DNA from: Bacteroidota bacterium
Lineage (GTDB): Bacteria; Bacteroidota; JABWAT01
DNA: 64,000 bases
Direction of reading: 5' to 3'
Assembly: GCA_023151185.1 (NCBI GenBank)
Contig: JAKLJL010000008.1
Location: 15,508 to 79,507, forward strand
Shown here: one piece after another, positions 1-10,109 of the stretch
Layout: the number at the start of each line of letters is the position of its first letter
How positions within the stretch are numbered: the first letter of the stretch is position 1
Position numbers and translations under genes: made by a program
The notes under the pieces: model-generated
What the model saw: only the letters and a program-made list of their open reading frames with translations
Told to the model about the DNA's origin: nothing
The model's database searches: none

Positions 1-382
1 TGGTGCTTATATTCTTTTCCCGCATGGAAATGTGGTAAACCGGTTTGTGGCAGCAGTTTCGGATATTTCAAATATCGGATATGGCGTTGCTGGCGGAACC
101 CTGAATCTTCACCATGACTTTATCCCTTATAAACTCATGGGAAAAGTCGGAATGGCAAGTGCACTCAGTCCGGTTTCTCCCAAAGGCGGCGGAAGTTATA
201 TCGGGACTGAGCTGAACTTTAAAATCAGATATACGCCACGGGTTTTTATGGATATTGAACTTCATGGCGCTTACCTGGCTCTGGGTGATTTTTATGACAG
301 TCCGCTCGTTAATGGCGGACAAAGTAACCGCCATAAGGACCCCTGGACCCTGTTTACTTCCTTCCGCTGGCTGATGTTTTAA
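1..382 (+). CDS. outer-membrane beta-barrel protein, C-terminal fragment (gene begins upstream of window)
   Basis: The frame is open from base 2, with no stop upstream of the GTG at 32. The sequence has an alternating beta-strand-like pattern and ends ..FRWLMF, the terminal aromatic typical of OMPs. Confidence 0.5.
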   Translation, partial: GAYILFPHGNVVNRFVAAVSDISNIGYGVAGGTLNLHHDFIPYKLMGKVGMASALSPVSPKGGGSYIGTELNFKIRYTPRVFMDIELHGAYLALGDFYDSPLVNGGQSNRHKDPWTLFTSFRWLMF

Positions 383-394
383 AAGGAGACTGCC

Positions 395-1336
395 ATGAAA
401 ACTAGTTATTATCTGGTTGCTTTTGCATTGTTTGTTTCATGCACACAACCCTACGGAACTTTATCAACCATGGAATTCACCGATCTTTCCTACCCGTTTG
501 AAGTGAAACACGCACAAATCCGGCCGGATATCAATCTGGCCTATATGGATGAGGGATCAGGAAAAGAAACGATCATTTTCATTCACGGACTTGGCAGTTA
601 TGCCCCGGCCTGGAAGAAAAATATCGACTCTCTGAAGTTGGACTACAGGTGCATCGCCATTGATCTGCCCGGATATGGAAAGTCTTCCAAAGCGGTTCAT
701 TCAGGAAAGATGGAGTTTTATGCGGATGTGGTCATTGATCTGATGAACACACTTAAACTGGAAAAAGCAACCCTGGCCGGACATTCGATGGGCGGACAGA
801 TTTCCATTCTGGCTTCTCTCAAATATCCGGACAGGATCAAAAATCTGATTCTGGTGGATCCTGCCGGATTTGAGTCTTTTTCTGAGGGTGAAAAACAGTG
901 GTTCCGGGAAGTGATGACGCAGGATCTTGTAAAACTGACTCCGGTTGGCGCAATCCGGTCCAACCTGGCTGATAATTTTTACAATTTACCGGAGGATGCA
1001 GAATTCATGATTACAGACCGTATCGCCATCCGGGGCGCAAAAGAGTTCGACCGGTATTGTTTGACGGTTGTCAGGTCGGTTCATGGGATGGTGGATCAGC
1101 CTGTTATCGACTATCTGGACCGAATCACCCAGCCCACCCTGATTTTATTTGGTGAAAATGACAATCTGATTCCCAATCGTTTTCTTCATGCTGGATTTAC
1201 CAGAGACATTGCCGAAATTGGGAAAAGCAAAATTCAAAACAGTACCATGGTGATGATTCCGGAATGCGGTCACTTTGCCCAGTTTGAAAAGCCGGAAATT
1301 GTTAACTCAGAGATTAAAAAATTCCTGAGCAGGTAA
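395..1336 (+). CDS. alpha/beta-fold hydrolase (probable lipoprotein)
   Basis: HGLGSY oxyanion region, GHSMGG nucleophile elbow and a C-terminal ..PECGHF.. His motif. The N-terminus has a lipobox-like ..LFVSC. Confidence 0.85.
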   Translation: MKTSYYLVAFALFVSCTQPYGTLSTMEFTDLSYPFEVKHAQIRPDINLAYMDEGSGKETIIFIHGLGSYAPAWKKNIDSLKLDYRCIAIDLPGYGKSSKAVHSGKMEFYADVVIDLMNTLKLEKATLAGHSMGGQISILASLKYPDRIKNLILVDPAGFESFSEGEKQWFREVMTQDLVKLTPVGAIRSNLADNFYNLPEDAEFMITDRIAIRGAKEFDRYCLTVVRSVHGMVDQPVIDYLDRITQPTLILFGENDNLIPNRFLHAGFTRDIAEIGKSKIQNSTMVMIPECGHFAQFEKPEIVNSEIKKFLSR

Positions 1337-1349
1337 CGAGAGTTTGGGT

Positions 1350-1388
1350 CTCACGTTTGCGGAACTTTGGCCGTTCTGCAAACGTGAG
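1350..1388. terminator. intergenic hairpin between convergent genes
   Basis: An 11-bp perfect inverted repeat, ctcacgtttgc (1350-1360) and gcaaacgtgag (1378-1388), is followed by tttctgtt. It sits between the hydrolase (+) and the symporter (-). Confidence 0.5.
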
Positions 1389-1418
1389 TTTCTGTTCCCA
1401 ATTCCGGTTTCGCCGGGG

Positions 1419-2849
1419 TTAATTCTGCCCGCCCGGAGCCTTTGCCAGGTTTTCCCGGCCATTTCTCCCAACCAGATACCCGATCGCGGCAACAATCAGT
1501 CCGAACAGGATATATTCCAGCCCGGTTGAAAGCCATTCGGCAGGGATAAATTTCACCAGCAGACCCTCCTTCTGAAGGAAATATCCGGTTGTGGTGCCCA
1601 GAAGTCCGGCCCAGGAACTGAACTGGACACCTTTTGCCTTTACGCCAGGGAGCAGAAGTCCGAGAACCGGGAAGGCAACCGCGGCAGTTAAAAGACCAGA
1701 GGATAAATAGAAAATATCCCACAGATTGTCCGTAGCCATGGCTGCCGCACCGGTCAGGAGAACGATCAGGGCATGGGCTGCCCTCATCCTGATGAGCGAG
1801 GAAACCTGCTTCCCGGCAAGATCCCGGTTCACCGTCAGCGACACCACATTGATGCAGGTGTCAATGGTACTCATGGCGGCAGCAATAAGCCCGACACTTA
1901 ATAACCCGGTCAGCCAGAAGGGAGCCTGCAGTGAAAGAAGGGCGTTGATCACCGATTCGCCGTACTGGCCAAGCTCTGCCGGGATTTTCCCGTTTTCTGC
2001 CGGAAAGACCGACCAGGCGCCGGCGGCAATAAAATATGGAACGACTCCGACAAAAAGGAACGCATTCACCAGGCCGATCAGGGCTGCCTTCCTGGCCTGG
2101 CGTTTATCCTGAGCAGCCTGAATTCTGAGCCAGAGATCAGCTTCACTGAGCCATCCGGGAAGGTAAGCAATCCAGGTCAGCAGAATAAGGACAAAGACCG
2201 AACCGGCAGAAAGTCCGGGTAAATGGGATCCGAGATCCGAAAATGAAGTGATCTGGAATTGGGGAATCCCTGAAGTAAGCCCGGTTATCACCAGAAGGTA
2301 AATAACAATGAGGACATACTGGAATTTATCGGTTGAAACGACAGCAGAAAATCCGCCCAGCAAGGTATAAATCCCGATCACACCGGCGATCAGCCAGATT
2401 AAAGTGTTCGGCGAAACTTTTAGCTGCGGCGCCAGAAGCTGGGCAGCGGTAAACAGTTCAGCGCCGCCCCAGATCAGGAAAACGACTATCAGACTCAGAG
2501 CAACGGGAATGTAGGCTTTGCCGAACCGGGATCTCACCATTTCGGGCTGTGAAAAAGCCATCAGGGGTCTGAACCGGGGTGCCAGCCACCAGATCCCGGC
2601 AAGAGCCGCCATCCAGGGCAGCGTCATAAGAAAAAAACCGGCCCATCCGTACTGATAAAAGACCTGAATGGCATAAACACACGACCAGGAAACAGACAGA
2701 AATCCGGCTGAAAGCGACAACCCGGCCGACCAGCCCGAAAGGGACCGCCCGGCAGTCCAGAACTCATCCTGATGAATGGCTGAAGTCCGGGTTTTCCAGC
2801 CCAGCCAGACCGAGATAAGGGAATAGAGGATGAACAGTGTCCAGATCAT
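1419..2849 (-). CDS. sodium:solute symporter (SSS) family transporter
   Basis: 476 aa and highly hydrophobic with many TM segments. The N-terminal ..FWTAGRSLSGW.. motif is typical of SSS family proteins. Confidence 0.8.
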   Translation of the reverse strand: MIWTLFILYSLISVWLGWKTRTSAIHQDEFWTAGRSLSGWSAGLSLSAGFLSVSWSCVYAIQVFYQYGWAGFFLMTLPWMAALAGIWWLAPRFRPLMAFSQPEMVRSRFGKAYIPVALSLIVVFLIWGGAELFTAAQLLAPQLKVSPNTLIWLIAGVIGIYTLLGGFSAVVSTDKFQYVLIVIYLLVITGLTSGIPQFQITSFSDLGSHLPGLSAGSVFVLILLTWIAYLPGWLSEADLWLRIQAAQDKRQARKAALIGLVNAFLFVGVVPYFIAAGAWSVFPAENGKIPAELGQYGESVINALLSLQAPFWLTGLLSVGLIAAAMSTIDTCINVVSLTVNRDLAGKQVSSLIRMRAAHALIVLLTGAAAMATDNLWDIFYLSSGLLTAAVAFPVLGLLLPGVKAKGVQFSSWAGLLGTTTGYFLQKEGLLVKFIPAEWLSTGLEYILFGLIVAAIGYLVGRNGRENLAKAPGGQN

Positions 2850-2863
2850 GAATTTGCCGGAAA

Positions 2864-2894
2864 TAAAAAAGGCTGACCGGAAGGGTCAGCCTTT
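2864..2894 (-). terminator. rho-independent terminator downstream of the OMP gene
   Basis: Stem ggctgacc / ggtcagcc with loop ggaag. On the minus strand it is followed by a T-run (aaaaaa on the plus strand at 2865-2870). Confidence 0.7.
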
Positions 2895-2914
2895 GAATAA
2901 GTAACAGGAGCAGA

Positions 2915-3775
2915 TCAGAAAGTAATTCCGTAACCCAGTCCGGCATAAAGACCGCTGCGGTAACCGACTTCAGCCTTGATTCCGATCAGTGACAAACCAG
3001 CGCCAAGACGGAGACCGGTGTTTCCGAAATCATTTCCGCCTTCAAAAGGTTTGGTGTTGGCAGTTAGGGTTTCTTTATTATAAGTTCCATCCGGAACAAC
3101 GGTATTCCATTTTACCTCAGAGGAGGCAACTTCAAATGCGACCCGTCCAAATACCCGGAGAATGACTAAATCATAACTGGTGATTGCCCCAATATTAAAT
3201 GATGATGCATTGATTTCAACAGTGGCATCAATTGGAACAGAGTATGGATATGTGACACCGGGAGCAACTTCTTCCTCACCTTCAACGGTTTGGGTTCCGG
3301 TGACGCTAAAGGCGAAAGAAGAATAACTAACATACGCACTGGTGGATGGAAAACCGGTCACAGGAATAAAATCTGTGATATCATATTTCAGACCAGCACC
3401 CCAGGTTCCATATTCCAATCCATCCATATCAATTTTAGGAAACATTCTGAAATAGACTTCGGCGCCCATGGTTCCCAGATTTACCTGACCCCCAAAGGAA
3501 GGGAAATAGGCGTCTTCTTTTAAACTAATTTCAGGTTCAGCAGGAATTGTTCCAAGACCGGTATAAAGGGAAATACCCAATCTGAAAACATCTGGTCCGG
3601 AACCATCTGTCCATTCAAGAGAATTAAGTCCGGCATGAAGTCCGTCGGTCATTCCCTGAACACCATCTTCAGCGGCCCCGGTTAGTTTCTGATATTTTGA
3701 AAGGTCCAGATCAGCCTGAGCAAAGGCAGAACCGGCAAATACGAGTGAAAAGGCAAGCACAATCAGTTTTTTCAT
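2915..3775 (-). CDS. outer-membrane beta-barrel protein, function unknown
   Basis: Signal peptide MKKLIVLAFSLVFAGSAFA/Q, Gly/Thr/Tyr-rich alternating strands, and a C-terminal ..GLGYGITF. Confidence 0.7.
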   Translation of the reverse strand: MKKLIVLAFSLVFAGSAFAQADLDLSKYQKLTGAAEDGVQGMTDGLHAGLNSLEWTDGSGPDVFRLGISLYTGLGTIPAEPEISLKEDAYFPSFGGQVNLGTMGAEVYFRMFPKIDMDGLEYGTWGAGLKYDITDFIPVTGFPSTSAYVSYSSFAFSVTGTQTVEGEEEVAPGVTYPYSVPIDATVEINASSFNIGAITSYDLVILRVFGRVAFEVASSEVKWNTVVPDGTYNKETLTANTKPFEGGNDFGNTGLRLGAGLSLIGIKAEVGYRSGLYAGLGYGITF

Positions 3776-4035
3776 TGAGTTTATCCTTCAAGAGTGTTGT
3801 GGTTATGTCGCCCGTAGTGAGCTGACAGGCAAATATAATCAATTTATAATGGTTTGCGAATCTTTTTTGAAAACAGGGTGATTCTGATCATGAAAATTGG
3901 AAAAAATCCCCTGTTTGGGTCAGGGGGCCGTGTCGGGTTCACCGGAAAAAAACCGGCGTTTACCGAAAAAAGGAGGTCCGGTTCAGGTTCCTTCCGGATG
4001 TTTGCATCAGAACTCAGATTTAAAAAGGACCAAAA

Positions 4036-4479
4036 ATGAACTCAAGCTGTCTTACCCTTCTGCTACCCGGACTCCTGATCGCGTTTCAGGCCGTTGCACA
4101 GCCAAACCCCGAAAAAAATGCCGGAACCGAACTGGTTGTTCTCACCGAAACACTGGGACTTTCTGGCGCGCAGCAGGACCGCCTTCTGCCGGTTCTGAAG
4201 ACTTTTCACGAAACCACAGCAAAAGCCAGACCGGAGGCGGGTCCTGGAAACGGACGTCCGCAGGGTGGACCGCCATCAGGCGGAATGCGCCGTCAGGATG
4301 GCGGGATGGGAAGGCCGGAAGGCGGCGAAGGCAGAATGCCCAAAGCTGTTCAGGAGGCTATGACCCTTAAAAATGACAGTCTGAAAGTCATCCTGAGTCC
4401 TGAACAATGGAAGACTTTTCAGGAAAATCAAAAAAGCATCCGGACGATGATCATGGAGAGACTCCGTGAAAATCCCTAA
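4036..4479 (+). CDS. periplasmic Spy/CpxP-like (LTxxQ-type) protein with a Gly/Pro/Arg-rich linker
   Basis: Signal peptide ..AFQAVA/QP. Two helical segments resemble LTxxQ motifs (LGLSGAQQDRL, LSPEQWKTFQ). It is the first gene of the efflux operon and overlaps tolC by 14 nt. Confidence 0.6.
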   Translation: MNSSCLTLLLPGLLIAFQAVAQPNPEKNAGTELVVLTETLGLSGAQQDRLLPVLKTFHETTAKARPEAGPGNGRPQGGPPSGGMRRQDGGMGRPEGGEGRMPKAVQEAMTLKNDSLKVILSPEQWKTFQENQKSIRTMIMERLRENP

Positions 4480-5896
4480 TCTGCTCATTGCCCTGCTGGT
4501 GGTTCTGCCGGCACAGGGACAGACGATGAAAACGGATTCAACCCGGAAAGTGATCGGAATCCTGGACTGTATTTCCTATGCCCAGGCTCATAATCTGGAG
4601 TTAAAGGTATCGGAGCTTTCGCTTCAAACGGCTTTGTCAGAAAAGAATCAGGCCTTCAGTCAGATGCTGCCAAGCCTGCAGGCCGGAGCCGGACATACAT
4701 GGTCGGCTCAACCTGAAGCCCAAACCGGCGAAAAATACCGCCAGGGTGCCACTGCCCAGGTTTCGGGCGGACTGGATCTGTTCAGCGGTGCACGGCAGTG
4801 GAGCACCTGGAACCAGGCTTCAGCTACTGCAGAGGCAGGTAAGTATGATCTGGATGCCCGGAAAAATGACCTGAAACTGACGGTAATTCAGGCCTATATT
4901 CAGGTGCTTCTGAGTCGTGAACGCCTGATTTCTGCCAATGCCCAAACCGAAATTTCCAGCCGGAATCTGGTAAGGATCCGGGCAAAAAAGAACCTGGGTC
5001 TTGTTTCTGATTATCAGCTTCTGCAGGCAGAATCCCAACTGGCCGCTGACGAATCGGCTGCAATCGGTAAAGAGTCGGATCTCCGGCTGGCTGAACTGAA
5101 CCTGAAGCAGGTGATGAACTACCCCACCGATTCCCTGATCTCCATCCGGGTGGATATTCCGCCGGCGGTACAGGCCACGCTTCAGGATTCCAGTGTCAGT
5201 CTGGAGCCGGCCTACCAGACAGCAAAGTCAGGTCTGCCCGAAGTTCAGGGTGCCCGTCTGTCGGCGGTCGCATCGGCCTGGGGGCTGACCTCGGCGAGGG
5301 GGGCCTGGTTTCCGTCACTCTCCCTGACTTACGGAATTTCAACTTCCTGGTCTGCCCAGGCTCAAACCCAGTCACTTTCAGGCGGGACCCGGTTGGTTCA
5401 GGTCGGGGTTCTGGCATCCGATCCATCGCAGACCGTGGTTGCCCCCCAGCCGGTCAGTTCCTGGAAAACAACCGGGTTCACTGATCAGATCAAACAGAAC
5501 TGGTCGCCTTATATCGGACTGAATCTCAGTTTCCCGATTCTGGATAACCGCAGCCGGGAAACCCGGATTGAACTTGCTGAGATTCAGGTCAGCCGTGCAG
5601 CCCTGTCAGAAAAACAAACCGATCTGTCCATCCGGAAAAAGGTTGAAAATGCTGTTTTTTCTTACAGGAACTCCCTGAAGCAGTCAGAAGCCTCCGGCTA
5701 TTCCCTTACATTGGCCCGGTCAGCCTTTGCCCAGACTGAGCAGCGGTTTGAACAGGGTCTGGTTTCCGGATTCGACTACCTGACTGAGAAAAATAACCTT
5801 CAAAAAACAGAAACTGAGTATCTGCTGGTGAAATATCAGCACGTGCTGAACCGGCTGACACTCGATTTCTACCTTCAAAAAGACCTGGAGTGGTAA
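4466..5896 (+). CDS. TolC-family outer-membrane efflux protein
   Basis: 476 aa with a signal peptide and two repeated coiled-coil/beta halves. The motifs ..LSLQTAL..N, ..DLRLAELNLKQ.. and ..YQHVLNRLTLDFYL are typical of the OEP family. Confidence 0.9.
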   Translation: MKIPNLLIALLVVLPAQGQTMKTDSTRKVIGILDCISYAQAHNLELKVSELSLQTALSEKNQAFSQMLPSLQAGAGHTWSAQPEAQTGEKYRQGATAQVSGGLDLFSGARQWSTWNQASATAEAGKYDLDARKNDLKLTVIQAYIQVLLSRERLISANAQTEISSRNLVRIRAKKNLGLVSDYQLLQAESQLAADESAAIGKESDLRLAELNLKQVMNYPTDSLISIRVDIPPAVQATLQDSSVSLEPAYQTAKSGLPEVQGARLSAVASAWGLTSARGAWFPSLSLTYGISTSWSAQAQTQSLSGGTRLVQVGVLASDPSQTVVAPQPVSSWKTTGFTDQIKQNWSPYIGLNLSFPILDNRSRETRIELAEIQVSRAALSEKQTDLSIRKKVENAVFSYRNSLKQSEASGYSLTLARSAFAQTEQRFEQGLVSGFDYLTEKNNLQKTETEYLLVKYQHVLNRLTLDFYLQKDLEW

Positions 5897-5897
5897 C

Positions 5898-7079
5898 ATG
5901 AAAAGAAAAACCTGGTATTGGATTTCCGGTGGCGTAACCGCAGCCGCTTTAGCCCTTCTCTTTCCGGTGATCACCGGTGGCGGACCCTCGGTTCCCAAGT
6001 TTGAGGCTGAACCGGGAACGCTTGGCGATATAACCTCAGAAATTACCGCAACCGGAACGCTTGAAGCGGTTGGTACGGTCGAAGTGGGCACGCAGGTTTC
6101 GGGCGTTCTGGCCGAATTAAATGCCGATTTTAACCAGCGGGTAAAAAAGGGTCAGATTCTGGCAAAACTCGATACCCGAAACCTTCAGGCAGTGGTGACG
6201 GAATCTGAAGCCGCAGTGGAACGGGCCACGGTGACACTTGAAATTACCCGGAAAAATTTTGAACGGACGGATATCCTGCACCAGCAGGGAATGAGTTCGG
6301 ATGCAGAGCTTGAAAATGCCCGGGGTGATTATCTGACGGCGAAGGCCAATGTCAGTACCGCTTCAGCCCAACTGAACAGGAACCGGGTGAATCTGGAACT
6401 GGCGACCATTTCAGCTCCGATGGATGGGATCATTCTTTCCAGAAATGTCGAGCCGGGGCAGACTGTTGCAGCCAGTTTCAATACGCCAACGCTGTTTACC
6501 CTGGCAGCAGATTTGAAAGTGATGGAAATTGAAGCGGATGTCGACGAAGCAGATATCGGGCAGGTAAAAAAAGGCCAGCCGGTTCGGTTTTCGGTGGATG
6601 CCTGGCCGGGAAAGGACTTCACCGGGCAGGTTGATGAAGTCAGGCTTCAACCGGTGATCAGCCAGAATGTGGTGACCTACACGGTGATTGTTTCGGTAAA
6701 TAATGACGAAGAAAAACTCATGCCGGGCATGACTGCAACCCTGTCAATCCAAACCTCAAAAGCCTCCGGCGTTTTCTCGGTTCCGGCGTCTGCAGTCAAC
6801 CTGACTCTGTCAGAAACGCAGGCGGAACAGTTCAGGGAAGCCGGTTTCCGTGTGGAAGCCACAGTGCCGGCGAAAGACTGGATCTGGATAGCCGGCGACC
6901 GGGAACTCAGGCAGCTAGCCGTTACAACCGGGTTTTCAAACGGATCCAGAACGGAACTGAAATTACCCGGGATGGACCCGGCTTCCAAAGTTCTGACGTC
7001 TGTTTCAGCAACAGAAAGTCTGCCGGCTGCAACAAGAAGTCCGTTCCTGCCGTCCCCTCCGTCAAACCGAAAAAATTGA
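5898..7079 (+). CDS. macA: efflux periplasmic adaptor (HlyD/MacA family)
   Basis: N-terminal TM segment, a ..GTVEVGTQVSGVL.. lipoyl-like motif, a coiled-coil hairpin and ..ISAPMDGIILSRNVEPGQTV.. . Confidence 0.9.
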   Translation: MKRKTWYWISGGVTAAALALLFPVITGGGPSVPKFEAEPGTLGDITSEITATGTLEAVGTVEVGTQVSGVLAELNADFNQRVKKGQILAKLDTRNLQAVVTESEAAVERATVTLEITRKNFERTDILHQQGMSSDAELENARGDYLTAKANVSTASAQLNRNRVNLELATISAPMDGIILSRNVEPGQTVAASFNTPTLFTLAADLKVMEIEADVDEADIGQVKKGQPVRFSVDAWPGKDFTGQVDEVRLQPVISQNVVTYTVIVSVNNDEEKLMPGMTATLSIQTSKASGVFSVPASAVNLTLSETQAEQFREAGFRVEATVPAKDWIWIAGDRELRQLAVTTGFSNGSRTELKLPGMDPASKVLTSVSATESLPAATRSPFLPSPPSNRKN

Positions 7080-7798
7080 GGCAAAAGGTGGCATCAGTCA
7101 TTGAAGTCAAAGAATTAAGCCGGTTTTTTAATACCGGGACCATCCGGGTTGAAGCTTTGAAGCAGGTCAGTTTTTCGATCGAAGAAGGCGAACTGGTCGC
7201 AATAACCGGGTCATCCGGGTCCGGAAAATCAACTCTGCTGGGGATACTGGGCTGTCTTGACCGGCCGACGGAAGGTGACTATCTGCTCGACGGAATTCCG
7301 GTCTCAGGTATGCACAACCGACTCCTGGCTTCGCTGAGAAATCAGAAAATCGGATTCATTTTTCAGTCGTTTCAGCTCCTTCAGCGGACAACTGCCCTTG
7401 AAAATGTCGAACTGCCCCTGCTGTACAATCCGGCGGTTCCAGCAGGGCAGCGGAAGGAAAAAGCCCGTCGTGCCCTTGACCGTGTCGGGCTGACCGACCG
7501 GATGCATCATAAACCGTCCGAAATGTCTGGCGGTCAGCAGCAACGTGTTGCCATTGCCCGTGCCCTGGTTTCAGAGCCCCGTCTGATTCTTGCCGACGAA
7601 CCAACCGGGAATCTGGATTCTGAAAATACCCGGCAGGTCATGTCGATTCTGCAGGACCTGAACGAGGCGGGAAGCACCGTGGTCATTGTCACCCATGAAC
7701 CCGATGTTGCAGCCAGATGCCGCCGGGTCATTACCTTAAAAGACGGCAAAATTCAGGCTGATATCCGGAATCCTGAACCGGTTTCAGTTTGCATGTAA
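7076..7798 (+). CDS. macB: ABC transporter ATP-binding protein (MacB/LolD type)
   Basis: Walker A GSSGSGKST, signature SGGQQQRV, Walker B LILADEPT and an H-loop VTHE. The start is TTG at 7076 or GTG at 7088, and it overlaps the macA stop. Confidence 0.92.
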   Translation: MRQKVASVIEVKELSRFFNTGTIRVEALKQVSFSIEEGELVAITGSSGSGKSTLLGILGCLDRPTEGDYLLDGIPVSGMHNRLLASLRNQKIGFIFQSFQLLQRTTALENVELPLLYNPAVPAGQRKEKARRALDRVGLTDRMHHKPSEMSGGQQQRVAIARALVSEPRLILADEPTGNLDSENTRQVMSILQDLNEAGSTVVIVTHEPDVAARCRRVITLKDGKIQADIRNPEPVSVCM

Positions 7799-7810
7799 AG
7801 GAGACAGGGT

Positions 7811-9034
7811 ATGAACAGTAAAGATTTGCTCAAAATTTCCTTCAGTTCACTTCTAAGGAACGGCATCAGGTCCTGGCTCACCGTTCTCGGTGTGGTAATC
7901 GGGGTTGCCTCGGTCATTGCCATGCAGGCCATCGGCAACGGCTCGGATGAAAGCATCAAACGGGAGATCCGGTCACTTGGTGTTAATGTTCTGATGATAT
8001 TCCCGGGCACGTTCCGGATGGGTGGAGTTGCCCAGAGTGCCGGCAGCATGAGTGTGCTCGAAACGGGAGACGCCGTAGCCATTAAAAAAACAATGAAAAC
8101 CGTAAATGCTGTGACCCCGCTGGTTCAGTCGGGACAGCAGGTAGTCTACCAAACCCAGAACTGGCGGACCAATGTGACGGGCGTCTGGGCAGATTACTTC
8201 ATCATCAAAAATTATAAAACCACTCAGGGCCGGCTGCTGACCGAACAGGAAGCCTCGGGGATGTCCAAAAACTGCCTGATCGGGAAAACAGTCTATTCCA
8301 AACTGTTCCCGAACGGCGGAAATCCGGTTGGTGTGACCATCCGGGTGGGCAGTGTTCCGATGAAAATTGTGGGTGTACTCGAAGCAAAGGGATCGGGTAC
8401 ATTTGGTCAGGATCAGGATGATGTGATTCTGGCACCGTTTAAAACGGTTCAGAAGCGCCTGATGGCGGTTGATTTCATCCAGCAGATTCAGGTTTCAGCC
8501 CGGTCAGAGCATGAAATGACTTCGGCACAGGCAGAGCTAAGAGCCTACTTTCTGAAAAAGCCGAATATGATTTCTGCCGATGGGGAAGAACGGTTTTCAA
8601 TCAGGTCTCAGTCCGAAATTTCGAGCGTTCTGGGATCTGTTTCAAGTGTTCTGATCCTGCTCCTGTCTTCAATTGCAGCCATTTCTCTGGTCGTCGGCGG
8701 GATCGGAATCATGAATATTATGCTGGTCTCGGTTACCGAGCGGACCCGGGAAATCGGCCTCCGCATGGCGCTGGGTGCAACTGACCGTGACGTCAGAACG
8801 CAGTTTCTTGCCGAATCGGTCATGCTCAGTGTTTGGGGTGGCATTCTTGGAATCCTGTTCGGATATTTGATTTCAGTGACGGTGGGTTCCATTTTGAACT
8901 GGCCGGTCAGTGTCAGTCCGTTCAGCATCGGGCTGGCCTTTACTTTTTCTGCCCTGGTCGGCATATTTTTCGGATACTATCCGGCCAAAAAGGCATCACA
9001 ACTCGACCCGATTGAGGCACTTCGGTATGAATAA
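7811..9034 (+). CDS. ABC transporter permease, MacB_PCD + FtsX domains
   Basis: N-terminal TM segment, a large periplasmic domain and a C-terminal FtsX 3-TM bundle (..ERTREIGLRMALGA.. and ..YPAKKASQLDPIEALRYE). Confidence 0.92.
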   Translation: MNSKDLLKISFSSLLRNGIRSWLTVLGVVIGVASVIAMQAIGNGSDESIKREIRSLGVNVLMIFPGTFRMGGVAQSAGSMSVLETGDAVAIKKTMKTVNAVTPLVQSGQQVVYQTQNWRTNVTGVWADYFIIKNYKTTQGRLLTEQEASGMSKNCLIGKTVYSKLFPNGGNPVGVTIRVGSVPMKIVGVLEAKGSGTFGQDQDDVILAPFKTVQKRLMAVDFIQQIQVSARSEHEMTSAQAELRAYFLKKPNMISADGEERFSIRSQSEISSVLGSVSSVLILLLSSIAAISLVVGGIGIMNIMLVSVTERTREIGLRMALGATDRDVRTQFLAESVMLSVWGGILGILFGYLISVTVGSILNWPVSVSPFSIGLAFTFSALVGIFFGYYPAKKASQLDPIEALRYE

Positions 9035-10109
9035 GTGGCTGGGATTTCAGCCGGCGCAGACCGGCAGCAAAAGCAGGCTGATCCCGGTTCTGGCTCATGT
9101 CTCGGTCTGGGCCGGGCTCTCTGTTTTTTTCTGGACGGTAGCCAATAAAGATGCCTTCTTTTCGGCAAACTGGCTCATCCGGATGAATTTGTCCCTGGCC
9201 GTTTCTGCCTTCCTGTTTTACACCAACAGCCTGATTCTCATCCCCCGGTTTCTGCTCCGCCGGAAGTGGCTGGTTTACAGTGTTCTGGTTGGTCTTCTGA
9301 TTGCGTTTCTCATTGGATGCGGATTTCTGATCGAGGATTTATTCCCCGAACCGTTGAAAGCCCGTGCTTTGGCCGGTTCCGACCCGCATCGTCCCGGAAG
9401 ACCACCGGTTGTTTTTTTCGGGATTTTCAATTCGCTCATGGTTCTGGGAATCAGCACTTCACTCACCCTGATCAAAACCTGGTACCGGGAAGAACAGAAC
9501 CGGCTCGATGCTGAAAGGCAGAAACTGTCGGGTGAATTGCTTGCCCTCCGGAATCAGGTTCATCCGCATTTCTTCTTTAATACCCTGAATAACATTCATT
9601 CCCTTATTGATATTGATCCTGAACGGGCACGTCTTGCTGTTTTGGAACTGTCGAAACTGATGCGGTACCTGCTCTATGAATCTGAAGGGAACCGGGTTCC
9701 GCTCGAAAAGGAAGTTGCTTTCCTGAAAAATTACCTCAGATTGATGCGCCTCAGGCTGACAGATGAATTCCCGGTTTCAATCCGGATTCCAGATGAAGTT
9801 TCTTCCGGGTGGATTTCACCCATGATGTTCATCCCAGTTGTCGAAAATGTGTTCAAATACGGAATTTCCTACTCGGATCCCGGTCCGGTTCTCATTGAAC
9901 TGAAGGAAGAAGGCGACCGGGTTGTTCTGAGTACAGAAAACCCGGTTTTCCTGCGGGACCGGGAAGAGGATTCCCGTGAAAAAATCGGTCTTGCAAACGT
10001 CCGCAGAAGGCTTCAGCTTTTGTATCCGGGAAATCATCAACTGGTGATCCGGGAAGAAAATCATCGGTTTTATGTAAAACTGGCATTTCCGGTGGAACGG
10101 CATGGATAA
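9027..10109 (+). CDS. LytS/YehU-type sensor histidine kinase (His_kinase PF06580-like)
   Basis: The ATG at 9027 overlaps the permease stop. It has N-terminal TM helices, an H-box ..QVHPHFFFNTLN.., and an ATPase region ..IPVVENVFKYG.. / ..GLANVRRRL.. . The upstream 39 codons of the ORF-track entry lie inside the permease gene. Confidence 0.88.
   Translation: MNKWLGFQPAQTGSKSRLIPVLAHVSVWAGLSVFFWTVANKDAFFSANWLIRMNLSLAVSAFLFYTNSLILIPRFLLRRKWLVYSVLVGLLIAFLIGCGFLIEDLFPEPLKARALAGSDPHRPGRPPVVFFGIFNSLMVLGISTSLTLIKTWYREEQNRLDAERQKLSGELLALRNQVHPHFFFNTLNNIHSLIDIDPERARLAVLELSKLMRYLLYESEGNRVPLEKEVAFLKNYLRLMRLRLTDEFPVSIRIPDEVSSGWISPMMFIPVVENVFKYGISYSDPGPVLIELKEEGDRVVLSTENPVFLRDREEDSREKIGLANVRRRLQLLYPGNHQLVIREENHRFYVKLAFPVERHG

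Noticed and set aside
3897-4370. A 157-aa R/G/S-rich ORF overlapping the Spy-like gene in another frame.
   Set aside because: It is low-complexity and basic, with no start context. The alternative frame (4036-4479) has a signal peptide and LTxxQ-like helices and fits the operon spacing.
8910-9026. A 39-codon N-terminal extension of the histidine kinase ORF, as given in the ORF track.
   Set aside because: It lies entirely within the permease coding sequence. The ATG at 9027, overlapping the permease stop, gives a normal kinase N-terminus.
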